DNA of 64,000 bases, from assembly GCA_016871255.1 (NCBI GenBank), contig VFZH01000001.1, positions 8,056 to 72,055 of the forward strand, read 5' to 3'. The translations under genes and the position numbers were made by a program. The first letter of the stretch is position 1. Each line of letters starts with the position of its first letter. This document shows positions 28,455-37,227 of this stretch, piece after piece. Origin of the DNA: Acidimicrobiia bacterium. Lineage in GTDB: Bacteria; Acidobacteriota; Vicinamibacteria; Vicinamibacterales; UBA2999. The notes beneath the pieces were generated by a model. The model saw only the letters and a list, made by a program, of their open reading frames with translations, was not told where the DNA came from and did not search any database.

Positions 28455-28846
28455 AGCCATCTGCCTAACATTGGCGGCGTTGGGCCGACGAAACCACGAA
28501 CCGAATCGACTGACCCGATTCGATTCTGTTGAAGCCGACGTGCGGCGTCGGTGGTGTTTCCTGAGCGAAACGCCACCCGATGGCAGGAGACCAACGTCGC
28601 GGCGAGCTGCTCCCGCAACGCGATCTCCAGCGCCTCTCCGATCTCCTTCTGAGCCGGGCTTCGATGTCCTGCGTGGCCGAAGTTCGAGCGACACGTGCGT
28701 CGCTGTGGGCTGCGGCCGGTGGTGACGTTCGAGAACTCTGTCGTCGAGCTCGGGAAGAGCAGGCCAGGTCCGGTCATCGCGTGGTGGCGCTCCCGGATCG
28801 ACAGCAGAAGGAGCCGCAGTCGACATTGAACGGCTCGCCACGCGCT

Positions 28847-31513
28847 CTAGTCGTCGTCGCCGGCGCTCCGGAACGCCGCGCCGCCAGGGTCGCGCGCGAT
28901 GGTGGAGACGATGGCCTGAATCTCGTCCGCCATCGTCGCCGGGCGCAGGCAGCAGTCGAGCACGCTCGGCAGCAGGCCCAGGCTGTTCAGGTACTGCACC
29001 ACGCTGTGGCCGCAGTTCGGCACGATGACGATGCGGTGCAACAGACCGAGCTGCCGACCCAGCCGCGCCTTGTGGTCCTCGTCCTCGAACTCCCCGAACA
29101 GGATGCAGTACGGCACGTCGGCACGCAGCGTCAGGTCCCGGGCCGCGCGCTGGCGCAGGTGTCCCGGCACGAGCTTCTGCTTCGGCAGGCTCTGCGGGGC
29201 GATCGCCAGCACCCCTGCCACCTGATCGATCGCGGCGGCGAACCTCAGCGCGCCGTACCCGCCCATGCTGTTGCCCACGAGCACCTTCGGCCGGTCCGAC
29301 AGCCCGTTGATCCGGGGCACGAGCTCGTCGAAGGCGGTCGTGTACCAGTCCCGGCACCGATCGGTCACGAAGAACTTCGGTGTGTCGCGCGCGCTCGTCC
29401 CCAGGAAGGACGACGCGAAGTCCATCAGGCTCAGCTTGCCGAACTTCTTCGCGCGTCCCGCAAACGCCACGATCTCGGGCCCGGGTCCCCCTGCCTGGCC
29501 GAAACGAACGATCGAGGCGGCCGGACTCTCGTACACGGTCCGGTCGGCGCCACCCGATCTGCCCTTCGCCTTCAGCGCATCGACACGGTCCGCGATCGTG
29601 CCGACGTTCGCGAAAGCGAACATCTCCGCATCGCCGAACCGCACGCCGAACGCCTGCTCGACGGACAACATCAGCGTGCCCTGCGCCAGCGAGTCCCACC
29701 CCTCCACGTCGGCTGCCACAGTCTCTCGGTGAACGGCCCCGGCGGGCAGATCGAACTGCCGGGCAACGATGGCGGCCAGCCGTGACATCGTGCCACCGGA
29801 CGACGCACCAGGGCCTGGTCCGGAATCGTGTACGTCCGCCGCCAGATACTTCGTCTTGTTGCCGTCTCGGCTGACCTTGCCGCTCGTGGTCTTCACGAGC
29901 CAGCCGGGCTCGACGACCAGGCAACGGCTCACCTCGATGTTCGTCCGGTCGTACACCGCCTCGCGTATTTCACGGGCCAGGTCCCCGTCTGCCCGGTCGC
30001 CGGCGTCTCCGCTCCGCTCCGCGACGACGACAAGCGTCTCCGAGGCGAACCGCTCGTCGAAGACACCGAACGCCACGACCCGGCCGGGCCGCACCCCTGC
30101 GACCGCGCCAACGATGTCCTCCACCTCGTGTGCGTGCAGGTTGCGGCCGCCGACAATCAGCAGGTCGTCCTGCCGTCCGAGCACGTACAGCTGTCCGTCC
30201 TCCAGGAACGCGCGATCGCGGGTGTGGTACCACCCGTCCCTGACCCGCTCGCTCGTCGTCTGCGCGTCGTTGAAGTAGCCGTTGAACAGAAAGGCCCCCC
30301 TGAGGGCGATCTCTCCCACCTCGCCGTCCGGCACGCCGCGGCCATCCCTCAGGATGCGCACCTCGAGCCCAGCCAGCGGGCGGCCGGTGCTGAGCAGGCG
30401 CCTCGACTCGCGTCCCTCGTCCGGCCTCACCGCGACACCATCCTGCTGCAGCCGTTCGGTGTCGACCTTGAGCTCGCGCGTCTTCGCTCCGACCTCGGTC
30501 TGGCTCACGGCGAAGACGGTCTCGGCCATCGCGTAGCAGACCTGCAGCTGCTCCTCCCGAACCCCCAGTGGCGCGAACCGCTTGCGGAAGCGGCGGAACG
30601 TTTCCGACCGGCACGGCTCCGAGCAGTTGATGAACCCCCGCACGCGCGACAGATCCGCGGCGCACTCCGCCGGTACCGCCCGTACCAGGTGCTCGAACGC
30701 GAAGTTCGGCAGCCAGACGAAGTGCCCGTCGTAGCGGTCGATCGCGTCGAAGAGCGACCGGGGTCGCGCGGCCCAGTGGAACGGATCGAGGCTGGTGACG
30801 GTCTGCCCCAGCACGAGCGGCGACACGGCACACGCGATCAGCCCCATGTCGTGGTACAGCGGCAGCCACGACACGACGGGATCCTCCGCGCCCATCCGGA
30901 GCACGTCCGCATAGGTGCGGACCTGCGCGAGGATGGCTCGATGCGACAGCGCGACGCCCTTCTTGAGCGCGGTCGTGCCGGAACTGTGCTGCAGCAGCGC
31001 CACCGCATCCCCGTCCACGGCCACAGGGTCGAGAAGGCGGTGGTCGCCGCCGACGTCGTCCATGACGACGGTCCGCATCGCGGAACCGACGAGACCGTGC
31101 ACACGCATCGCGGCTTCATGCTCTCGGGTCGAGATCAGCAGGCGCGCGCCGACCCGTTGCAGCAGCGCACGGTGCGCGGGCCAGTACACCGACGGGTGCT
31201 GTTTCGGAGATGGGCAGGGCATGAACGATGGCACCGCACCGGCCAGCATGGCGCCGAAGAAGGCTGGCGTCGCATCGACGTGATGCGGCAGGAAGAGGAG
31301 GACGACGTCACCGGCCCGTGCGCCGGCCTCGCGGTACGCGTGCGCGAACTGCCGGGCGCGCACGGCCAGGGCGCCGAACGTCAGCGCTGCGGGCTCCTGT
31401 GTCGGTGACGCGCCACCAGGCAGATGTCGCCAGAACACCGTGTCCGGCCGCTCGTCGGCGTGCCGCAGCAGGAACCCGGTGAGCGTGGGTGGGTGGGCGG
31501 GCGGCACCGACAC
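28847..31513 (-). CDS. tri-domain adenylate-forming acyl ligase (FAAL-like), carrier protein and alpha/beta-hydrolase
   Basis: ORF 28847..31513(-), GTG start. Adenylation motifs are LLQHSSGTTALKKGVALSH, YHDMGL, GWYHTRD and TTSGKVSR. The carrier Ser motif is EGWDSLAQ. The C-terminal nucleophile elbow is VGNSMGGYG, with a late CGH. Confidence 0.85.
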   Translation of the reverse strand: MSVPPAHPPTLTGFLLRHADERPDTVFWRHLPGGASPTQEPAALTFGALAVRARQFAHAYREAGARAGDVVLLFLPHHVDATPAFFGAMLAGAVPSFMPCPSPKQHPSVYWPAHRALLQRVGARLLISTREHEAAMRVHGLVGSAMRTVVMDDVGGDHRLLDPVAVDGDAVALLQHSSGTTALKKGVALSHRAILAQVRTYADVLRMGAEDPVVSWLPLYHDMGLIACAVSPLVLGQTVTSLDPFHWAARPRSLFDAIDRYDGHFVWLPNFAFEHLVRAVPAECAADLSRVRGFINCSEPCRSETFRRFRKRFAPLGVREEQLQVCYAMAETVFAVSQTEVGAKTRELKVDTERLQQDGVAVRPDEGRESRRLLSTGRPLAGLEVRILRDGRGVPDGEVGEIALRGAFLFNGYFNDAQTTSERVRDGWYHTRDRAFLEDGQLYVLGRQDDLLIVGGRNLHAHEVEDIVGAVAGVRPGRVVAFGVFDERFASETLVVVAERSGDAGDRADGDLAREIREAVYDRTNIEVSRCLVVEPGWLVKTTSGKVSRDGNKTKYLAADVHDSGPGPGASSGGTMSRLAAIVARQFDLPAGAVHRETVAADVEGWDSLAQGTLMLSVEQAFGVRFGDAEMFAFANVGTIADRVDALKAKGRSGGADRTVYESPAASIVRFGQAGGPGPEIVAFAGRAKKFGKLSLMDFASSFLGTSARDTPKFFVTDRCRDWYTTAFDELVPRINGLSDRPKVLVGNSMGGYGALRFAAAIDQVAGVLAIAPQSLPKQKLVPGHLRQRAARDLTLRADVPYCILFGEFEDEDHKARLGRQLGLLHRIVIVPNCGHSVVQYLNSLGLLPSVLDCCLRPATMADEIQAIVSTIARDPGGAAFRSAGDDD

Positions 31514-31516
31514 CGC

Positions 31517-32437
31517 TCAGTCGGCGCCGAGCACGAGGCGTTCGATCTCCGGCGCGTCTGCGGTCGCAAGCGCGCGATACGCGGCCTCCTTCCGGTGATC
31601 GGCGAAGTCGAACGCGTAGGGCGTGAGGTACTGGAGCATCAGCAGCCGGCGGGGCCGGCCGTCTTCGGCCACACGGCTGCCGAAGTGAAAACACCGGCTG
31701 GTGTCGGTGAAGTCCACCGTCCCTGCCGGTCCCACCAGGGCCACGGCCCGGCCCGCGCCGACGAGCTCCGCGACGCGGTCGTCCGGCACACGGTAGCCCT
31801 CGGCGAAGTCGTACCCGGCCGCCTCGGCGAGGACATCCGACGTGGTGGCGTCCAGCAGCGTCAGCGGTCCCGAGCGCTCGTCCACATCGCCCAGGTGCAC
31901 CCACACCTTGACCTGCGACGTGTCGGCGTTGTCCAGGTGCCAGAGCTGCGAGCTCTTCGGCGCCTTGGGATGGTGGGCCGAGTACCAGATGTCGATCTCG
32001 GTCAAGACGGGCACGACGCCCAGATACGCCGCGATCGGGTGCACGATGCGTGGATCGAGCGCGAACCGCATGTAGGGCGACTGGCGCTCGAACGCCGAAG
32101 GCGGCAGGAAGCCGCGAGCGATGAAGCTCTTCTCGCCGCTCTTCGAACGCAGGCCCTCGTGCCCGATCCCGTCGATCAGCGCATTGGCGTCCGCCAGCAA
32201 CCCGGTGGTGAGGTCGGCAAGCTCGGCGGGTCCGACGCGCAGGAGCCCCCGGTCCCCGGGAATACCGAGGCCTCCGGGCGCCGCGGCCGCCTGTGCCAGA
32301 CGCAGCCGCGGCTCGTCGCGTTCGCGAAGTGCCGCTCCCCGCGCGCCGGTGTACGCGCGCCGCGCGGCGACGGTCGTCTTCTTCACCGCGCGCCGCTCGA
32401 GCGCTTCCTGCCTGATCGCGTCTGCTCCCGCATTCAT
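31517..32437 (-). CDS. phytanoyl-CoA dioxygenase (PhyH)-family Fe(II)/2-oxoglutarate oxygenase
   Basis: In frame within ORF 31517..32836(-). ATG at 32437 (MNAGADAIRQEALERR). WHLDN (HxD) and the later CFHFGS..R match the PhyH facial triad pattern. The stop is 3 nt from the downstream GTG. Confidence 0.7.
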   Translation of the reverse strand: MNAGADAIRQEALERRAVKKTTVAARRAYTGARGAALRERDEPRLRLAQAAAAPGGLGIPGDRGLLRVGPAELADLTTGLLADANALIDGIGHEGLRSKSGEKSFIARGFLPPSAFERQSPYMRFALDPRIVHPIAAYLGVVPVLTEIDIWYSAHHPKAPKSSQLWHLDNADTSQVKVWVHLGDVDERSGPLTLLDATTSDVLAEAAGYDFAEGYRVPDDRVAELVGAGRAVALVGPAGTVDFTDTSRCFHFGSRVAEDGRPRRLLMLQYLTPYAFDFADHRKEAAYRALATADAPEIERLVLGAD

Positions 32438-32570
32438 GGACACACCATGGTAGCAACGGCGGCGCGCTTCGTGGCCGGCGAACCATCCGGACGGCCCGGT
32501 CGGCGGGTCGCCCGTGCCTGCCTGTCCTCGGACGGACCGATGTCGCCACCCGTGGCGGGAGCCGCCAGGC

Positions 32571-34061
32571 TCAGGCGAGCAGGGTGCCGAAGGACCGGGC
32601 GACGAAGAAACCGTAGAAGATCGCCATCGCCACCAGCGCCCACCGGCGCCACAGCGGCGGGCGCACGTGAGCGGGCAGCAGGCGGGTATTGATCCACAGC
32701 AGATGCAGCGCGCCGATGACGAGCACCAAGCCTGCCATGTTGGCGCTGATCTGCAGAAGGATGATCGGCTGGGCGAGCCTGAGCGCCACGATGCCCCATG
32801 CGACGACGATGGCCAGGACGCTGTAATACACCACACGGACGTCGCCGCCGCGCCAGGCGCGCAGGCGGCCGCTCCCGGTCCAGAGCAGGTCGGTCATCGC
32901 GCGCACCATCCCCTCGAGCTGATCGAGCTGTGTCTTGAACAGCACCCACGCACCGAGGAAGGCGATCGCGCCGCCCAGCAGCGCGCCGCCGGTCCCCGTC
33001 ATCGCTTCGGCGAGCGCCGCCGCGATGCCGAGACCCTGGATGTTGGTGCCACGCGGGAGGAACGTGACGTACAGCATGGCCGGCAGCATCATCCCGATGA
33101 TTGCGCCCATGAAGAAGACGCCCCACTGGTCCGCCCGGACGATCAACCACCACCCCTGCCAGCGGCGCCTCGCGTCCGGGCCGTCCTCGAACATGAACCC
33201 GCTGTGGGCCAGATGCACCTTCTGGCCGCCAACCGCGCAGGGAATGTATCCGGCGCGCTGACCCATGCCGTAGCCACGATCACGCGCCCAGTTCGACAGG
33301 ACGATGTTGGAGACACCGCCGGCGCCCGAATACGCGACGAGCGCCCCGAGCAGAAACAGATCCGTCCCTTCCGGGATCAGGTCGAACCTGCCCCGAGGCA
33401 GGTCGAAACCCACGAGCCCGGCCGCGCCAGCCGCCCACACGTCGCCGGGCACGAACAGGAGCGCCAGCACGAGAAAGCTGGAGAGGATGGCGATCACGAG
33501 CACCCAGTTGAGGAACTCGAGCGTCCGCTCGATCCTGCGGCCGACCGTCAGGATCGCTGCGCACAAGAGGAACGTCCCGACCCCGATGGCGTAGATCGCG
33601 TCCGCGTCGGCACCGGCGGCAAGCCGTTTCGTGTGGAGGAAGAACACCGCACCCGCCGCCGCGCCGGCCCATCCGGGCCATCCGATCTGCAGGAAGTACA
33701 AGATGGCGTACACCCAGGCCCACAGCGTGGACGACGGACGCGTGCGCATGAAGCCGGTGAACACCGGCTCTCCCGTCGCGAGGGTGTACCGCATGAGCTC
33801 GGTGTTGAAGATCGTCTGGAAGTAGACGGCGAGGCCGACGACCCACAGCAGGGACAACCCGTGCTGGACGAACGCGGCGGGGCCGAGCAGGAACTCGCCG
33901 CTGCCGATCGAGACGCCGAGCACGATGACGCCGGGTCCGACGGCGGTGACCCATCCGAGGCCCCGGGGGTTCGGAGGAAGGGGGAGATCCGCGCGCGTCC
34001 AGGGCTCGAGCCCCGATCGCGCCTCTGCAGGTACGCCGATGAGCGCGGACCCGCTAGCCAA
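32571..34061 (-). CDS. Nramp-superfamily transporter lacking the canonical DPGN/MPH metal-site motifs
   Basis: ORF 32571..34061(-). About 11-12 TM segments. The TM1 region reads GPGVIVLGVSIGSGEFLLG where Nramps have ..DPGN.. The TM6 region reads AYSGAGGVSNIVLSNW where Nramps have ..MPHN.. Confidence 0.75.
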   Translation of the reverse strand: MASGSALIGVPAEARSGLEPWTRADLPLPPNPRGLGWVTAVGPGVIVLGVSIGSGEFLLGPAAFVQHGLSLLWVVGLAVYFQTIFNTELMRYTLATGEPVFTGFMRTRPSSTLWAWVYAILYFLQIGWPGWAGAAAGAVFFLHTKRLAAGADADAIYAIGVGTFLLCAAILTVGRRIERTLEFLNWVLVIAILSSFLVLALLFVPGDVWAAGAAGLVGFDLPRGRFDLIPEGTDLFLLGALVAYSGAGGVSNIVLSNWARDRGYGMGQRAGYIPCAVGGQKVHLAHSGFMFEDGPDARRRWQGWWLIVRADQWGVFFMGAIIGMMLPAMLYVTFLPRGTNIQGLGIAAALAEAMTGTGGALLGGAIAFLGAWVLFKTQLDQLEGMVRAMTDLLWTGSGRLRAWRGGDVRVVYYSVLAIVVAWGIVALRLAQPIILLQISANMAGLVLVIGALHLLWINTRLLPAHVRPPLWRRWALVAMAIFYGFFVARSFGTLLA

Positions 34062-34100
34062 GGGGTCCGTCTCCGGCGCTCGTCTTGATCCCGGCGTCTG

Positions 34101-34514
34101 TCATCTCCACGACCTGAGGATCCCGAGGTCCTCCTCGCTGATGCGCGCCTCCGGGTGCGCGAGCAGGTAGTACCAGAGCGGCATCGCGCCCTCCTCGACC
34201 TCCTCGATCACAGCGGCCCTGATCTTCGCCTGCGTATCCGGGGAGATGTCCTGCAGCGTGGACAGGTTGAGGTGCTCGCGCGCCTCGTGCACATCCCAGG
34301 CGACGAGCCACGATGCCGGCGCCACCCGGCTGTACCAGGGCCAGACGGTCTCGTGCGAATGGCAGTCGTAGCAGGCCCGGCGGAGCACCGCCTCCACCTC
34401 CGGGGGCGCCCCGGGCCCCCGCCGATCGTCCGGGTTGGTGCGAGGAACCGGAATCAGCTGAATGGCGACAAGCACGCCTGTTGCGATCAGAAGCATCTTC
34501 GTCGTTCTGCGCAT
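34101..34514 (-). CDS. haem-binding-domain (PF14376-like) membrane-anchored protein
   Basis: In frame within ORF 34101..34562(-). The likely ATG is 34514 (MRRTTKMLLIATGVLVAIQLIP). CYDCHSHETVWPWYSRVAPASWLV carries a CxxCH motif. Confidence 0.7.
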   Translation of the reverse strand: MRRTTKMLLIATGVLVAIQLIPVPRTNPDDRRGPGAPPEVEAVLRRACYDCHSHETVWPWYSRVAPASWLVAWDVHEAREHLNLSTLQDISPDTQAKIRAAVIEEVEEGAMPLWYYLLAHPEARISEEDLGILRSWR

Positions 34515-34520
34515 GCGGCC

Positions 34521-34526
34521 TATAAT
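34521..34526 (+). promoter_or_regulatory. perfect TATAAT -10 hexamer in the 38-nt divergent intergenic region
   Basis: ggccTATAATgacc at 34521-34526, followed by GGAGG (34542-34546) and the ATG at 34553. No good -35 element was seen. Confidence 0.4.
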
Positions 34527-34552
34527 GACCCGACTCTCGCTGGAGGTCACAG

Positions 34553-35278
34553 ATGAGTGCAATCATCGTCCCCGGCCGCCGGGCGTTCCTCGGGGCGCTC
34601 GGCCTGGCGCCGTTCTTCACCACGCGCGGACTCTTCGCCGAGACCCTCACGCCGACGAAGCCCACCACTGAGGGGCCGTTCTACCCCGACACGATGCCGC
34701 TCGACACGGACAACGACCTGCTCGTGATCAACGATTCGATCACGCCGGCCGTGGGCGAGGTGACCTGGCTCACCGGGAAGGTCGTGACCGAGACCGGCGC
34801 GCCCGTCCGAAACGCCTTCATCGAGATCTGGCAGGTGGACGCCAAGGCGACGTACCTGCACACGAAGGGGCGGACGCCGCAGCGGGACGCCAACTTCCAG
34901 GGCTACGGGCGGTGTCTGACCAGCTCGAGCGGCGAGTACCTGTTCCGCACCGTCAAGCCGGTGCCGTATACGCTCGGCGGCGTGACCCGGGCGCCGCACA
35001 TCCACATCGCGGTCAGCCGGAACGGGAAGCGGCTGTTCACGACACAGATCGCCATCCGCGGTCACCACCAGAACGCGGGCGACATCGTGTTCAAGCCGCT
35101 GTCGTCCGCGGACATGAACACGCTCGTCGCCGACTTCGCGCCCGTCCCCGGATCGAGCCATGGCGAGCTGAACGCGAAGTTCGACCTCGTGCTCAACCGC
35201 ACGGCGGTCGAGGGCGACGACGGCGTGCTGCGGGGCGGCATCGGCAAGCCGGAAGGCCTGCGCGGATTCCGCCGCTGA
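34553..35278 (+). CDS. Tat-exported intradiol ring-cleavage dioxygenase family protein (protocatechuate 3,4-dioxygenase beta-like)
   Basis: ORF 34553..35278(+). The twin-arginine N-terminus is PGRRAFLGALGLAPFF. TEGPFYP, IEIWQVD and RAPHIHIAV are family motifs. Confidence 0.8.
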   Translation: MSAIIVPGRRAFLGALGLAPFFTTRGLFAETLTPTKPTTEGPFYPDTMPLDTDNDLLVINDSITPAVGEVTWLTGKVVTETGAPVRNAFIEIWQVDAKATYLHTKGRTPQRDANFQGYGRCLTSSSGEYLFRTVKPVPYTLGGVTRAPHIHIAVSRNGKRLFTTQIAIRGHHQNAGDIVFKPLSSADMNTLVADFAPVPGSSHGELNAKFDLVLNRTAVEGDDGVLRGGIGKPEGLRGFRR

Positions 35279-35296
35279 CAGGACGGCCCCCCGGGC

Positions 35297-36154
35297 TCAG
35301 GCGCTGAAGACGACGTCCACCGGCGCGGGAATCAGCTTCATCTCCCACGCCTCGCCGAGGAGGCGGCGCACCGCCTCCCGGCCCCGCTCGCCGTAGTCGA
35401 GCGTGAGCTCGTTGACGTACATCCCGACGAAGCGGTCGGCCTTGGACCGATCCAGCCCGCGGCCGAACTGCATCGCGTAGTCCAGCGCTTCGGCTCGATT
35501 GGCCAGCGCGTAGGCGATGCTGTCGTGCAGCATGCGCGATACCCGCGCGATCAGGTCCGGCCCAAGGTCGCGCCGGATCAGGTTGCCGCCCAGCGGCAGC
35601 GGCAACCCGCCGGTCCGGTCCGCCCACCATTCGCCCAGATCCACGATTTTCTTCAGCCCCTCGTCGCCGTAGGTAAGCTGCCCTTCGTGGATGAGCAGGC
35701 CCGCATCCACCTCACCCGCCCGCACGGCCTCCTGGATCGCGTCGAACGGCATCACGACCGTCGTCACGTCCGGGTCGTACATCCTGAGCGCCAGGAACGA
35801 CGTCGTCAGCGTGCCCGGCACCGCCACCGTGATGCCGTCGGTGGAGTCGGGGCCATCAGCTCTGGCGACGACGATCGGGCCGTAGCGGTCGCCCATGCTG
35901 GAGCCGTGCGGCAGCAGCAGGTAGCGATCGGTCAGGTGCGCGTAGGCGTGGAACGAGACCGCGGTGACCTCGTACGTGCCGTTGAACGCCTCGCGGTTGA
36001 GCGTCTCGATGTCCTTCAGGACGTGCGTGACCTCCAGGCCGCCCGAATCCACGTGCCCGCTCGCGAGGCCGTAGAACATGAAGGCATCGTCGGAATCGGG
36101 GCTGTGGGCGACGGTGAGCCTTGACGGCTGGGGATTGGGGATTGACGAGTTCAT
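35297..36154 (-). CDS. mqnD: 1,4-dihydroxy-6-naphthoate synthase (MqnA/MqnD family, MqnD-like)
   Basis: ORF 35297..36154(-). AHSPDSDDAFMFYGL, DIETLNREAFNGTYEVTAVSFHAYAHL and GPIVVAR resemble MqnD. The first ~11 codons are encoded by the heptamer array. Confidence 0.7.
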   Translation of the reverse strand: MNSSIPNPQPSRLTVAHSPDSDDAFMFYGLASGHVDSGGLEVTHVLKDIETLNREAFNGTYEVTAVSFHAYAHLTDRYLLLPHGSSMGDRYGPIVVARADGPDSTDGITVAVPGTLTTSFLALRMYDPDVTTVVMPFDAIQEAVRAGEVDAGLLIHEGQLTYGDEGLKKIVDLGEWWADRTGGLPLPLGGNLIRRDLGPDLIARVSRMLHDSIAYALANRAEALDYAMQFGRGLDRSKADRFVGMYVNELTLDYGERGREAVRRLLGEAWEMKLIPAPVDVVFSA

Positions 36155-36193
36155 TGACGATTCAGGATTGGCGATTGCGTTGACGATTGCCGA
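36121..36193. repeat. degenerate tandem heptanucleotide array (GATTGNN / TTGACGA units), copy A
   Basis: cTTGACGgctgGGGATTGGGGATTGACGAGTTCATTGACGATTCAGGATTGGCGATTGCGTTGACGATTGccg. It shares the 17-mer GATTGCGTTGACGATTG with the reverse complement of the array at 37611-37679. Confidence 0.8.
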
Positions 36194-36232
36194 CTGCAGG
36201 GCGTGGTCCGCTCTCTTTGGGATCCACGCGCA

Positions 36233-36703
36233 TCAAACATCGTCTTCAGGCTCCGCATACGCCCGCGGGGCCTGCTTCACGACGATGGTGAGGCCGAAGA
36301 GGATGATGACGGCCGCCGCCGCGATGCCCAGGTAGAGGCCTCCAGCGAGCGTCGCGACCTCTGGCGTGGCAGCCGGCATTCCGCTGACGATGGCCGTTGC
36401 CTGCGCGGTCGTCCACGCCTGTTCCGACAGCGCGCGCTCGAAGAAGCGCCAGCCGAGCAGCTCGATGCCGAGGGCGAGGAGCCCGACGAGGAACAGCGGA
36501 TGTCGCGAGTTCTTCCGGGTGATCAGGCTGAGCACGGCCAGCAGCACCGCCGCGAAGCCCAGGGCCAGCGTCCAGAGCGCCGAAGCGGCAGGGAGCGCGC
36601 CGGCCGCCCCGACACCGAGACGCACCCGTGGGAGGAAGGCGCTGGCCGCCAGCAGCGTGCCGGCCCCCAGTGGGACGTAGTACGCGCGCATCGGGTGGCG
36701 CAT
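36233..36703 (-). CDS. hypothetical membrane protein (about 4 TM)
   Basis: ORF 36233..36703(-). Hydrophobic segments with an acidic tail (AEPEDDV). No family recognised. Confidence 0.5.
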   Translation of the reverse strand: MRHPMRAYYVPLGAGTLLAASAFLPRVRLGVGAAGALPAASALWTLALGFAAVLLAVLSLITRKNSRHPLFLVGLLALGIELLGWRFFERALSEQAWTTAQATAIVSGMPAATPEVATLAGGLYLGIAAAAVIILFGLTIVVKQAPRAYAEPEDDV

Positions 36704-36770
36704 GGAACGAGTCTATACGGCCTGCCGCCGCGCACACAGCGGGCGTATGATCGCGGCAAGGAGGCCGCAC

Positions 36771-37223
36771 ATGAAGCCCATCAGGCCGCTCGTCGAGGGT
36801 CGCGAAGTGGTGGTCGCCACACCCGAGATGACCGTCACCGAAGCGGCGAGGCTCATGAGCGACAGGCGGATCGGCGCGCTGCCCGTCGTGGACGGCGCCA
36901 GGGTCGCCGGCATCTTCACGGAGCGCGATGCGCTGTCCCGCGTGCTCGCGGCAGGCCTGAACCCGTCGGCTGCGCGCGTCGGGGCGGTCATGACGACCAG
37001 CCTGGTCGTCGCCGACGTGAGCGACACGCACAGCGCGTGCATGTCGCGGATGCAGCAGGCGCACGTCCGGCACCTGCTCGTGCTGGATCAGGGCAGGCTC
37101 GTCGGGATCTTGTCGGTGCGCGACCTCATCCAGGTGGAGATGCGGGAGCAGAGCGAGGCGATCGACCTGCTCAACGCCTACGTCCACTACGTGCCCGGGG
37201 ACACGCCGAAGGACGGGGGCTGA
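36771..37223 (+). CDS. CBS-pair domain protein
   Basis: In frame within ORF 36702..37223(+). ATG 36771 has AAGGAGG 7 nt upstream. ...TVTEAARLMSDRRIGALPVVDGARVAGIFTERD... and ...HVRHLLVLDQGRLVGILSVRDL are two CBS motifs. Confidence 0.85.
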   Translation: MKPIRPLVEGREVVVATPEMTVTEAARLMSDRRIGALPVVDGARVAGIFTERDALSRVLAAGLNPSAARVGAVMTTSLVVADVSDTHSACMSRMQQAHVRHLLVLDQGRLVGILSVRDLIQVEMREQSEAIDLLNAYVHYVPGDTPKDGG

Positions 37224-37227
37224 CGCC

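Noticed and set aside
28451-28777. The 108-aa ORF (minus strand) in the gap between the DUF1003 gene and the adenylase fusion, containing ..AQKEIGEALEIALREQL...
   Set aside because: It has no recognisable family, no ribosome-binding site, and overlaps the DUF1003 stop. It may be a relic of a small DNA-binding protein, but I cannot support a call.
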